A stretch of 64,000 bases of DNA, from the IMG/VR virus record IMGVR_UViG_3300032053_000002, positions 186,001 to 250,000 of that record; one strand, 5' to 3'. Positions within the stretch are counted from its first letter, which is position 1. Every line of letters starts with the position of its first letter. Positions 9,546 to 19,130 of the stretch are shown piece after piece. Position numbers and translations under genes: made by a program. The notes below the pieces were generated by a model. The model worked only from the letters and a program-made list of their open reading frames with translations, ran no database searches and had not been told where the DNA came from.

Positions 9546-10430
9546 CTAATTCTTTTTGTCGCATAGTTCTGGTACTTGATTGAATTCACAATACCTACAA
9601 TTATTTTCAGTTGCTATTTTCGGATATACGATTCCACTCACACAATTCCCGACACTATCAAAACAGGTGTTTAAAAACCGATTAAAATTTTGTATTGTTT
9701 TATTGACGGTCGGCTTTCCCGACGCCGGAACGAATCGCTGGATTCTCTTTTGTGGGTAAGGCGAATCTTCATATAATTCTCTTTTTAATATTATGAATTC
9801 AACGTCTATGTCTTTCAGGTCTACTTTAAATTTTTCAGAATAAAATGATTTATAGATAACCAATTGCGAAGTCTTATTCTCATCATTTTTTTGATATTTC
9901 CAGCCTCGTCTAGAAGTTTTAAAGTCAACAATCCTAATCTTACCAGTAACCTTATTTCGTAGAACAACGTCTAGGTACGCAACGAAATTCAAATTTTCCC
10001 TGAGAGAATACTCTATGGGAACTTCTACTCCTATCAACTCTTCATCTCTATAATTAAAATAGTCTCTGCGATGTTTTAAAAACCCGTCCAATATTTTTAT
10101 TCCATCATAATAAAATTTGAGCATATCATTTTTAGTAATTTTATTATCTAGACTTTCGCCGTATATTTCTTTTAATTTTCTATACTCGTTCCCCATATAT
10201 TCGCGAAGAATATCTTTTAGTTCCATCGAGTCGGCAAATTTAACGCCATTGCTATAAAGTGCGGTCAAATACGCCTGTAACGTATGATGTATCGCACTTC
10301 CAAAAATCAACTCTATCCCCGGTTCATCAATCCGTTTCTTATCAATATAGATCACTTTCCACCTATGAGGGCACTGACTCCAAAGAGAATATTGTGAATA
10401 ACTTATTTTATTTTTATATTCTTCTTCCAT
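9546..10430 (-). CDS. PD-(D/E)xK RecB/Cas4-like exonuclease
   Basis: SYSQ..CP, GSAIH, YLDVV..IVDFKTS, Q-L-x-x-Y and C-terminal CRYC. Confidence 0.85.
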   Translation of the reverse strand: MEEEYKNKISYSQYSLWSQCPHRWKVIYIDKKRIDEPGIELIFGSAIHHTLQAYLTALYSNGVKFADSMELKDILREYMGNEYRKLKEIYGESLDNKITKNDMLKFYYDGIKILDGFLKHRRDYFNYRDEELIGVEVPIEYSLRENLNFVAYLDVVLRNKVTGKIRIVDFKTSRRGWKYQKNDENKTSQLVIYKSFYSEKFKVDLKDIDVEFIILKRELYEDSPYPQKRIQRFVPASGKPTVNKTIQNFNRFLNTCFDSVGNCVSGIVYPKIATENNCRYCEFNQVPELCDKKN

Positions 10431-10432
10431 AA

Positions 10433-11074
10433 CTATCTTCCAACTATCTCATCCACGAGCCCATGTTCCAAACATTCTTCCGCAGAAAAATATAAATCAT
10501 GTTTCATCAATTCATCTATTTTACTTTCTTTCAGTTTAGTGGATTCTAAATAGATCTTTTTCAGCGCCTTCATTAAATTTTCCGAATTCTTCTGGTCATC
10601 TGACAATTCCTGATGGGTAAATGTTCCCCAATATTCCATTCTAACTTGATGAATTAGCATAAAAGAGTTTTCATAGATAAACCTTTTAGTTCCCGCAATA
10701 TTTAAAAGTGTCGCCGCGGATGCGGAAACTCCATCCACATAAGTATGAATCGGGATTTTGGATGTCTTGATTGCGTCATAAGTCGCCAACGCAGAATGAA
10801 CCAACCCACCATACGATTGAATGTGCAGGTGAAGAATCGGATTTTCCGCTAGCGACCATATTTGTTTCTTAAACGCAAAATCGTCAATTTTTTCTTGCAA
10901 CATTTTAGTCAACATAAGAATTCTATCTGGGGTTATGTCCGAATAAAAATAAATTTTATTATAGGTTGTAGATTCTAAAAATCCCTTTTCCTCATCGGAC
11001 AGGGAAGCGCCTTGTGGGATCGAATGTGTTTTACCGGCGTCTTCTTGCATTTTCCAACTCGTTTTGTATAGCAT
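10433..11074 (-). CDS. clpP: ClpP-like serine protease
   Basis: IQSYGG, SASAAT (catalytic Ser), MLIHQ (His), DLYFSAEECLEHGLVD. Confidence 0.8.
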   Translation of the reverse strand: MLYKTSWKMQEDAGKTHSIPQGASLSDEEKGFLESTTYNKIYFYSDITPDRILMLTKMLQEKIDDFAFKKQIWSLAENPILHLHIQSYGGLVHSALATYDAIKTSKIPIHTYVDGVSASAATLLNIAGTKRFIYENSFMLIHQVRMEYWGTFTHQELSDDQKNSENLMKALKKIYLESTKLKESKIDELMKHDLYFSAEECLEHGLVDEIVGR

Positions 11075-11095
11075 AAATCAATCTCCTCATCATAA

Positions 11096-12532
11096 TCATA
11101 ATTCAAAAAACTTAATAGATTTTTTAGATTCCATTGCAATAGTAGATGTGAATGGTTTAATATAAACTTTAACGTCTTTAATCATTTCACGAAATTTATC
11201 TTTATCCTTTTCCTGAATAAAATAATTTGTGAATCTAGAGTCTGGATTATCCTTGACTCCATGCTGCAATAACCAACGGCGAGTCCATTGCCAGGCAGAA
11301 TTTTCGCTCATTACGTCGCTCGTTTGAGAAATAATGTCTTTTTTATATCCTATCCCATTTAAAATATAATAAATCCAATCGTTTCCGTATTTTGTATCTT
11401 GGATGGTTTTGGAATAAAAAGTTTCATTCATCGCGTTGTGAAGATTTTGTTTAAATTGGGTTTCAAAATCCGCCAATTTCCATTTAAACATTGGTGGAAC
11501 GGTTTTAACTAATTGCTCAAATTCGTCTTTTGTTTTAAAGAAAAATGGGTAATCAACTCCCAAAATTCTTTCCAGAGTTGGGTGACGATATACTATAACT
11601 GGTTTGTTTAATCTAACTCCGTCTTGTGATGATAAATTCCAGGTTGCGTAACCACTGACAAAACAAACTGACGCCAGACTATTCTCTATTAAATATCTAT
11701 ATTGCGAAAATTTTAAGTTTCTGGCGACCAGTTCTTTTGGAGCCCTAATGTCAGTGCACCAGACAATATATTCACCGCTATTCCGAAGATTTTCAGTATA
11801 TTCCATCATCATATCCCAGCCGGTTGATTTATTCCATCGGTGATTGAATACCAGTATTTTTTTATTTGTCGGAAAGTCTGATATCGGTTCAGATGGAGGA
11901 AAATCGTCCGAACTTAACGGCATACATTCAACTTTTTTCATCAAATTATCAATATTTAATCCAACAACCATATCTTTTCTAAAGTTTTTTTCATAATACA
12001 ATGGAGATTGTTCCGTATGAAAAAACGCCTTATCGGCAATATTTATTGCTTCCAGTTGTCGCATAAATGTTGGTGGAACTTGAGAAGAACCGCGAGAAGA
12101 CGGATTATCTACCCAGTGAAAGAATAAAAATCTATCAACGATTTCGCCGTATCTTTTTTCCGACAGAGAAGTCATTATATCCAACATTACTTCTGATTGA
12201 TGGTTAAAAATAAAATCAAAATCTATTTGCCGTAAATCTATATGTTTTCTAAATGCGAGAAAATCATAGTGGGTGCGATTCACCACTGCATTTTTTACAT
12301 ACTCAAAAGGAATATACGTAACGTTTTTTCGTTGGTCGTATCCGTCAAGTTTATTTATTTTCGGAACAATTACGTAGTGATGACAGAACGGCAGAAAATT
12401 AATTGTTTTTTCTAAAACTTTATAGTTTGAATCGGATTGATGCAAAAATGTTCCGTCCGGACTAAATTTTACTGGCGCAGAATAGTGAAGTATTCTCATT
12501 CCGTACAATGGGTGGTCAATATAATTTTCCAT
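11096..12532 (-). CDS. GT-B glycosyltransferase, paralog 1 (possible DNA base glycosyltransferase)
   Basis: ILVFNHRWN motif; aligns by eye over its full length with 19131..20657. Confidence 0.65.
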   Translation of the reverse strand: MENYIDHPLYGMRILHYSAPVKFSPDGTFLHQSDSNYKVLEKTINFLPFCHHYVIVPKINKLDGYDQRKNVTYIPFEYVKNAVVNRTHYDFLAFRKHIDLRQIDFDFIFNHQSEVMLDIMTSLSEKRYGEIVDRFLFFHWVDNPSSRGSSQVPPTFMRQLEAINIADKAFFHTEQSPLYYEKNFRKDMVVGLNIDNLMKKVECMPLSSDDFPPSEPISDFPTNKKILVFNHRWNKSTGWDMMMEYTENLRNSGEYIVWCTDIRAPKELVARNLKFSQYRYLIENSLASVCFVSGYATWNLSSQDGVRLNKPVIVYRHPTLERILGVDYPFFFKTKDEFEQLVKTVPPMFKWKLADFETQFKQNLHNAMNETFYSKTIQDTKYGNDWIYYILNGIGYKKDIISQTSDVMSENSAWQWTRRWLLQHGVKDNPDSRFTNYFIQEKDKDKFREMIKDVKVYIKPFTSTIAMESKKSIKFFEL

Positions 12533-12534
12533 AA

Positions 12535-12930
12535 TTATTTTGCCCACATGCCACTTTTAACAACTCTTGCAATTTTAGAATAAACTGCTAAATCGCGATA
12601 ACTATCTTCTACAGATTCATTATTTGCTTCCAATGTTTCTTTTATCAGAATAATATTAAACAATCTTTGCATCTTGTCATTGCATCGAAACCAAATCCCT
12701 TCTAAACTCACCATTATTTCCTTTATTGTTTTTAATTGGGTTCCGACCGCAATATTCCCAGTTCCATAATCGCTTTGTTTTTTACAGAACACAATATACT
12801 CTTCTAAAAGATAATGCTTGAAAGACGATGTTGTTTGCGGATAGTTTTTTTCCATTGTTTGTATTACTTCAATGTCTTTTTCAGACAATTCTGTTAATAA
12901 ATTTAATTCGTATTTTTTTTCTTCGCCCAT
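12535..12930 (-). CDS. DUF1599 / nucleotide-modification-associated domain 1 protein
   Basis: KQSDYG, RCNDKMQRL and ESVEDSYRDLAVY motifs. Confidence 0.8.
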   Translation of the reverse strand: MGEEKKYELNLLTELSEKDIEVIQTMEKNYPQTTSSFKHYLLEEYIVFCKKQSDYGTGNIAVGTQLKTIKEIMVSLEGIWFRCNDKMQRLFNIILIKETLEANNESVEDSYRDLAVYSKIARVVKSGMWAK

Positions 12931-12931
12931 A

Positions 12932-13471
12932 TTAACTCCTAGTTTTTAATAAATTTTTTATTTCTTCTTCAGTCTTTGCATACATTTTACATATTTTTAT
13001 GAGACTCTCTTTTAAAACGTCGGCAGAGAAAAATATCATTAAATAGTCGGTCGCATCTCGTTTTGATATCTGATAGTGATGCGCGATTAATTCTAATAAC
13101 TCATTGTTAAATCTTTTTTCTTTTTTTCCTTTGACGTATTTTAAAAATGTTCTGCCCTTTGGAATTATATTCCCATAGATTTTATACAACGCCTCAGGCG
13201 AAACATCATAACTTATTTTTTGAATCATGCTTACGATAGATAGCCAATCGGGGTTCATTGACAGATACCTATTTATCATATATGTAGAAAATGTTTTCCT
13301 GTCAGATTCCGATAAATTATCAAAATATTCCTTATCGTACTTATGTTCCGTAATATATTTGAGATGGTCGAAAAGAGTTATGGATTTTATTTTTTCGGCT
13401 TCATCTTTCGCCTTTTCAATAGGAAATTCTATCGGCAAATCCTCTACGATAAAAAAATCTCTATTCTTCAT
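12932..13471 (-). CDS. Clamp loader small subunit (gp62-like)
   Basis: FSTYMINRYLSM motif; position beside the clamp loader. Confidence 0.6.
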   Translation of the reverse strand: MKNRDFFIVEDLPIEFPIEKAKDEAEKIKSITLFDHLKYITEHKYDKEYFDNLSESDRKTFSTYMINRYLSMNPDWLSIVSMIQKISYDVSPEALYKIYGNIIPKGRTFLKYVKGKKEKRFNNELLELIAHHYQISKRDATDYLMIFFSADVLKESLIKICKMYAKTEEEIKNLLKTRS

Positions 13472-13733
13472 CTATTAAATTTCCGCCAAATTCTTTTGGA
13501 ACCGCTCCGCAATTTGTGCAGGAAAAAACTTGAACGGGAACAACCGCTTCTTTTCCAACCGGCGACTGTAACGCACTTACTTTTTTAATTATGTAGAAAA
13601 CTTGAAAAAGATTGTGCCCACACTGGCATTTAAATGTGGTTAGATCTTTAACATTTACATTTAATCTTAATTGTTCATTCGCACCCATTGACGGGTCATC
13701 TCCACCCGGAGTGAAAATCATTTTGTCGGCCAT
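13461..13733 (-). CDS. Zinc-binding hypothetical protein
   Basis: CQCG and CTNCG pairs. Confidence 0.55.
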   Translation of the reverse strand: MADKMIFTPGGDDPSMGANEQLRLNVNVKDLTTFKCQCGHNLFQVFYIIKKVSALQSPVGKEAVVPVQVFSCTNCGAVPKEFGGNLIDEE

Positions 13734-13747
13734 TTTTATTCTCCTTA

Positions 13748-14044
13748 CTATTTATTATTTTCGCCAATCGCAGTTCCTTGTGACATATTATTCGATATTA
13801 AAGGAATCGATCCGATTGGAACGTATTGTTTCAATTTATTATGCAATAATTCATAAACTTCTTCTGGTATTGATAAGTTGTATACTACAGGTGTCATATA
13901 CTCTCGAACATCAATGCCATTTCTCACCGCGATATAAAAATCCATTTTGCAATCCATTTTTTGCTCTTCGCTCTTCAAAACCGCCTCTTTGGATATTCGT
14001 ATCGGGATTAAATAAAAATTTAACATATTACTCTCCAAATTCAT
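13748..14044 (-). CDS. Hypothetical protein
   Basis: ORF in operon context only. Confidence 0.45.
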   Translation of the reverse strand: MNLESNMLNFYLIPIRISKEAVLKSEEQKMDCKMDFYIAVRNGIDVREYMTPVVYNLSIPEEVYELLHNKLKQYVPIGSIPLISNNMSQGTAIGENNK

Positions 14045-14954
14045 TTATTAGTGTTATTAACGTGCCCATAAAACAAATTTCTTTGTCTACGCTCATGAAA
14101 TCATTTTGAATGCCATTGGCGAGTATTAAAATAGAATTCGCAACATTATTTGGAGCAAACTCGTCAATCTTATCATACAGAAATCTATAAACTTCGATGA
14201 AATCGTTTATATGATTATCCGCAACCAATTGCCTTACACTTCTAAATATGTCTTTCTTGTTTTTTCCTTTTAAAATCTCTAGAAGTTTAAGTCTAAAATC
14301 CGACTCAATTATTTGCGCTCTATCAACTTTTAATTCACCGTTCATACAATTCATTTGCGCAGAATTTATTAATTGTCTTATATCAGGATATGTTGCGTCA
14401 ACCAATACCTTAATGTCCGCTACATCAAATTTTATATTTTCCGCCTTCAATATATTTCCCAATCGTACTGCAACATCCTTTCTCGTTGGCGGCACAATTT
14501 GATAAATCTGGCATCTTGAAATTATCGGATCGATTATTTTTTCATGGTAATTCGCGGTTAAAATAAATCTAGTTGTTCGCGAAAAAGTTTCCATTAAATT
14601 TCTCAATGCCGCTTGCCCGGAAGGGGAAATAAAATCGCACTCATCCAAAATAATTATTTTAAGCGACTTGAACCCCACACTCGATGCGAATCCCTTAATT
14701 TTATTTCTAACGGTTTCGACCGAGTTTTCATCCGACGCATTAACATACATTACGTCAGATACAGTGTTTTCCGCGATAATTTTCGCCAGTGAAGTTTTCC
14801 CAGTTCCCTGTTTGCCATAAAAAAGTAAATGCGGTGGATCGTTTTCCTTAATATATTGCGCAACTTTTTTCTTCACGTGGTCGTTTCCGACATATTCTTC
14901 CAGATTTGTTGGTCTATATTTTTCAACCCAGATTGTGTGTTCTTTTTTTATCAT
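14028..14954 (-). CDS. gp44: Clamp loader AAA+ subunit (RFC/gp44-like)
   Basis: WVEKYRP, GKQGTGKT Walker A, LDECD Walker B, SRC motif. Confidence 0.95.
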   Translation of the reverse strand: MIKKEHTIWVEKYRPTNLEEYVGNDHVKKKVAQYIKENDPPHLLFYGKQGTGKTSLAKIIAENTVSDVMYVNASDENSVETVRNKIKGFASSVGFKSLKIIILDECDFISPSGQAALRNLMETFSRTTRFILTANYHEKIIDPIISRCQIYQIVPPTRKDVAVRLGNILKAENIKFDVADIKVLVDATYPDIRQLINSAQMNCMNGELKVDRAQIIESDFRLKLLEILKGKNKKDIFRSVRQLVADNHINDFIEVYRFLYDKIDEFAPNNVANSILILANGIQNDFMSVDKEICFMGTLITLINEFGE

Positions 14955-14965
14955 GTGCGTATTCC

Positions 14966-15721
14966 TTAATTGGAAAAGTCAGTATCAGCTTCAACAATAT
15001 AATACTTGGCGGTATAATTGTCGCCTTCGAAGGCGACAAACCCTAATCCTTCAGAACTAATCTTAAAAACCGCTTTTTTAGCACCTTTGTTAGCGGAAAA
15101 AATTTCTTTAATATAATCCGCGTTATATGATATTGTTTTGTCTACTGAATTTATTTCATTGACTTTGACATCCAAAAATGCTCGATTGGTATTTATCGAT
15201 GAATATCCCAATACGAGTTTATATTCCCCGTCTCGATTTTTCAAAAGCGTCGCGATCTTGGTTTCGGAAAAAACACCTTTTACTTTAATGTAGTCGTTCA
15301 TAAACTCTTTCGTTAAACCGATTTCCAAATCATATGGCGGTTCATCCTTTAACCCCTTTGGTTTTGGAATAACCAATAAATCAGACAACATATAATTTAA
15401 TTGCTGTTTTTTATCTCTCATTTGCACAGACACGTATTTTTCTTCTCCACTCTCATTAATATTTTGCAAATCGAGTTCGAATTCGTCGTCCATCAAAGAC
15501 AAAAATTTTGAAAGTAGGCCGGAATTCAATATTCCTATTTTAGTATCTATCCCAGTAAATCCGGCCTTATTCACGACAACTTCTCCCATGAGAGATTTAT
15601 CTTCAGTAATTATTTTCGTGCTCAACGTGTCTTCTGAAATATCCCACGCAGCTGCCTCAACCGTTCCGCTTAGATAATATTTTTCAATAAAATCAAGCAA
15701 ATATGACTTCTTCATTTTCAT
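14966..15721 (-). CDS. gp45: Sliding clamp (gp45/PCNA-like)
   Basis: Size, beta-rich acidic pattern, position between polymerase and clamp loader. Confidence 0.78.
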   Translation of the reverse strand: MKMKKSYLLDFIEKYYLSGTVEAAAWDISEDTLSTKIITEDKSLMGEVVVNKAGFTGIDTKIGILNSGLLSKFLSLMDDEFELDLQNINESGEEKYVSVQMRDKKQQLNYMLSDLLVIPKPKGLKDEPPYDLEIGLTKEFMNDYIKVKGVFSETKIATLLKNRDGEYKLVLGYSSINTNRAFLDVKVNEINSVDKTISYNADYIKEIFSANKGAKKAVFKISSEGLGFVAFEGDNYTAKYYIVEADTDFSN

Positions 15722-15743
15722 AATCTTACTCCTTTTATGTTAG

Positions 15744-18281
15744 TTAAAAATCAAAATATTTATTTATCGCACTTCTTTGAAATGTCGGCATTTCCCAATT
15801 AACCGCTTTATAACAATCTTCTATTTTTGACTTTAAAATTCGCTCAAAGATTTTTTCTCTGTCTATGTATTTTCTCGCGAATTCCAAAACTTCTATTGGG
15901 TCGTCATATCCTCGAATGGCGAGTCCATCCATACCGAATTCATTTTCTTTTAAATACATCCAACGTATTTTTTCGCCAGATTTTATTGGAGAAAATTTAT
16001 TACGTAACTTGTAATAATCCAACAATTCATTGTGACTAACCGCCGCCTTAACATGAGCGGGAGTAGCTTTAATCCAATTTCCAAATGTCTTATTATTTGT
16101 TTTTTTATAGGTTTCAAATTTTGATACATTTTTTACAGAAGTTGGAACCGCAATTTCTTCTATTTTCACATTTTTGATCATCTCTTTAAAATCCAAAACT
16201 TTTTTATCAATTATATCTCGGTCAATATTTTTTAACATATCGCTGAGAAGTATAGTTAAAAAGTTTTTGAACGCGTTTGGAAAATTGGAACGAACAACAT
16301 CCAATCCTTTATAGTCTATTTCATCGGTTATTACGCCCTTGTCATAAATAACCCACAGCGCATATCTTTTTTTAGTTATCCATATTCCGCTCTTCGCGAT
16401 TATTTCTCTTTTTACGTCAAACCTATGAGAATCAACATTTAAAAAGTTTTTTCCAAACAACTTGAAAGAATTATTCAAAAAATCTTGAACCTGTATTGTT
16501 ATTTTAGAAATATGTTCCGTCATCTGCACGTCATCATTGGTGTCCACTTCCGGATATATTTTTTCTATTAATGGTTTTGCTGGGCAAAAAATAGAATCGG
16601 TGTCCATATAAATCACGTAATCTTTATGGCTTTCCATAATTTTGTTGTAATAATGATTTGTCATTAACTCCGTATATTTTATTAGACTAACTCCCGTTGT
16701 GGTGACCGCTTCTGCATTGGCGAGATCATAAAATCTAAAACTTGGCAGTCCCAAAACACCGTAAACAGAATTTAACATAACCTTTGCAATGGTTCTTCGT
16801 CTTTTATAGTATCGTGATTTTTCCTTGTCGCCTTTATTTCCATATTCTTTCATTAACGAGTCATAAATATTTTTATCCTTATTCCATTCTTCTAATATTT
16901 TTGGAATGATACCGATTTTGTCTTTTCTATAAACTACACCGTTAGAAGATATACAAAATCCATATTTTTCTAAAGTTTCTTGAAGTTCGTCGCCAGTAAA
17001 TTGATAATCTTTACCTAGCATATTTGCCGTGTATGAAACGGACTTATCTTTTAGATGAACAGAAGAGTCCCAATTTTCAACTTTTCCAACTTTAGTTTCT
17101 GGCGAAATATTTAATGTCAATACAATTGATGGGTATAGAGAAGTAAAATCTAGATCGTAAATCCATTCATATTTAGCAGTTTCCGGAGATTTTACGTACG
17201 CACCAGAAAATCTTACGTCGGTATCACTCATCAACTTTCTATTTTCTGGATTTTTATTTGGAGCGACCAACTTATGATGCTTCATATAAGTCAATATCGC
17301 ACCCTCTATCCACCGACTAGAATAAAATATATCTTCATACGGAACGTGACCTTTGTGGCAAATACCCTGAACTAAATCTATGAAATTTAATTTTTGATCT
17401 AGTTTAACCACTAATTTTGTGTCCACCAGAGAATATTCAATAAACTTGTTTATATCGTCTTTTCTCAGTTTACCAAAGTTTCCATCGTATTTTACTTTCC
17501 CTTCTCCTAATTCGAGGCGAGAAATAAAATCCAAACTATACGATGAACGTTCTTTATACGCATAATTTCTATACAGTGGGAGATAATCCAGACACGACAC
17601 CCCCGCAATAAAATATCTTCTTCGGTTTTCGTTATAAAAAATAATCCCAATGGGACTTAATTTTCTTGCATAATTTTCGCCCAACACTTTTAACAGACGA
17701 TGATATAAATATGGAACATCAAAATTATCTATGTTCCACCCAGTAATAATCGTCGGGTGAATCTCTTCCCACTTTTGCAGAAATGCTAATAAAAGGTCTT
17801 CTTCGTTAGCAAATGAAATAATTTCTTCGTTTTCACGACGATATTGTTGTATTGTATTTTCATCGTCCAAAACATAAACAAAATAATCATCGGAGATCTG
17901 GTCGTATATGGAAATGGCGGTGATTTTATTTTCCGCTTTTCTAATGTCGGGTAGACTAAATTCGGTTTCTACTTCAATATCAAAAAATAAAATTCGATGG
18001 CCGGTGGAAATATCATCACTTTCATAATATAAATCAACTAAAATTCTAGTTTCAGACGACACATCCGATTCAAATATCTTTCCCTTTTCCGCATCCCACT
18101 TTGTCCACGAGTGTACCTTACTAACTTTTTGTCCGTAGATTGTTTCGTAATCACCGACGTCGCCCAATTTATATGCATAATTGATAAAATCAAACTGTTT
18201 ATAACCCAATTTGTCATCCCAAATATGCGCTATACTTTTTCCGAATGTCGGTGTTCTTTGAATAAAAATGTTTTGATAAAT
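15744..18281 (-). CDS. gp43: Family B DNA polymerase, probable ATT start
   Basis: Exonuclease DIE motif, DFTSLYPS, KVMLNSVYG, YMDTDS; frame stays open upstream to ATT at 18281 (MYQNIF), 9 nt after AGGAGG. Confidence 0.95.
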   Translation of the reverse strand: MYQNIFIQRTPTFGKSIAHIWDDKLGYKQFDFINYAYKLGDVGDYETIYGQKVSKVHSWTKWDAEKGKIFESDVSSETRILVDLYYESDDISTGHRILFFDIEVETEFSLPDIRKAENKITAISIYDQISDDYFVYVLDDENTIQQYRRENEEIISFANEEDLLLAFLQKWEEIHPTIITGWNIDNFDVPYLYHRLLKVLGENYARKLSPIGIIFYNENRRRYFIAGVSCLDYLPLYRNYAYKERSSYSLDFISRLELGEGKVKYDGNFGKLRKDDINKFIEYSLVDTKLVVKLDQKLNFIDLVQGICHKGHVPYEDIFYSSRWIEGAILTYMKHHKLVAPNKNPENRKLMSDTDVRFSGAYVKSPETAKYEWIYDLDFTSLYPSIVLTLNISPETKVGKVENWDSSVHLKDKSVSYTANMLGKDYQFTGDELQETLEKYGFCISSNGVVYRKDKIGIIPKILEEWNKDKNIYDSLMKEYGNKGDKEKSRYYKRRRTIAKVMLNSVYGVLGLPSFRFYDLANAEAVTTTGVSLIKYTELMTNHYYNKIMESHKDYVIYMDTDSIFCPAKPLIEKIYPEVDTNDDVQMTEHISKITIQVQDFLNNSFKLFGKNFLNVDSHRFDVKREIIAKSGIWITKKRYALWVIYDKGVITDEIDYKGLDVVRSNFPNAFKNFLTILLSDMLKNIDRDIIDKKVLDFKEMIKNVKIEEIAVPTSVKNVSKFETYKKTNNKTFGNWIKATPAHVKAAVSHNELLDYYKLRNKFSPIKSGEKIRWMYLKENEFGMDGLAIRGYDDPIEVLEFARKYIDREKIFERILKSKIEDCYKAVNWEMPTFQRSAINKYFDF

Positions 18282-18294
18282 TTTTAGTATCCTC

Positions 18295-18879
18295 CTATTT
18301 TTTTAATTTACAATTATCTAAGTGCCATCTATATAAATTCTGGATTGTCATTTTCTTGTGACAATGGAGACATTCTCCCAATTTATTATGTTTGCCTTTA
18401 TTTGATTCTGAAATTTTCTTTTTATGTGTATTTGACTTTGGCGCTTTTAACCATTCATAAGAATATTTTCCGTTTTTATGACTTCTCTTTAGCCAATCCG
18501 AAAAAGTTGGTCTGGCCTGTCCCCTACATTTACTCGGTTTTCCTTTTAATGCGTCCGATTTTCGCTTAAGCCATTGTATATATTTTGTTTTTGTATATCC
18601 CATTCGCGTATTTCCACCATCCCCACCTTCAGATATATTATAACCCAATTTTATTGTATTTAATTTTTTTATCCAAAATATTTCACGCTTATTTAAATTT
18701 GCAATAGAATTACAAGATTCAACTATTTCTTTTTTGAAATTTTCTATACCATATTTTTTAATGGCTTTTTTCAGATATATCCCAGACCCCAAATATTCAG
18801 AACTTTTTTCTTCCGACGATTTACATTTTCCAATATATACTTTTCCATTTATTAAATTGGTGGTTTTATAGATATACAC
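18295..18879 (-). mobile_element. Free-standing GIY-YIG homing endonuclease with NUMOD-like basic tail
   Basis: YIYKTTNLINGKVYIG, YLGSG, REIFWI, GYNISEGG. Confidence 0.88.
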
Positions 18880-18934
18880 AATTCTCCTATTACGAAATAC
18901 ACATTAGGATTCCGCCCCCCCCGTTTTTAGATTT

Positions 18935-18950
18935 TCTTTATGCATAAAGA
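18935..18950. promoter_or_regulatory. 16-bp perfect palindrome, possible operator
   Basis: TCTTTATGCATAAAGA in the leader of the endonuclease/polymerase operon. Confidence 0.35.
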
Positions 18951-18991
18951 TTAAATCAAGTTAAAAGATTTAAGTTAAAACCATTATTCAT

Positions 18992-19020
18992 ATTATACTA
19001 AACTATTTAATAAAAGTTCC
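18992..19020 (-). promoter_or_regulatory. Putative middle promoter GGAACT-N17-TATAAT
   Basis: Same elements and spacing recur at 21702, 37146 and 57730. Confidence 0.7.
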
Positions 19021-19126
19021 ATTTTTTCTTTTTTTTATTGTCGCGAATCATCCATATTATAGCGATAATCGCGATTATCGCCATCAAATAGCCAATACCG
19101 GCAATAATTGCCCAAAGATTTTCCAT
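19007..19126 (-). CDS. 39-aa single-pass membrane protein (below the ORF-track cutoff)
   Basis: GGAG SD, then MENLWAIIAGIGYLMAIIAIIAIIWMIRDNKKKKKWNFY. Confidence 0.55.
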   Translation of the reverse strand: MENLWAIIAGIGYLMAIIAIIAIIWMIRDNKKKKKWNFY

Positions 19127-19130
19127 ATGA

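Noticed and set aside
9546-10430. Cas4 as part of a CRISPR system
   Set aside because: No other cas genes or array; stand-alone RecB-like nucleases are common in large phages
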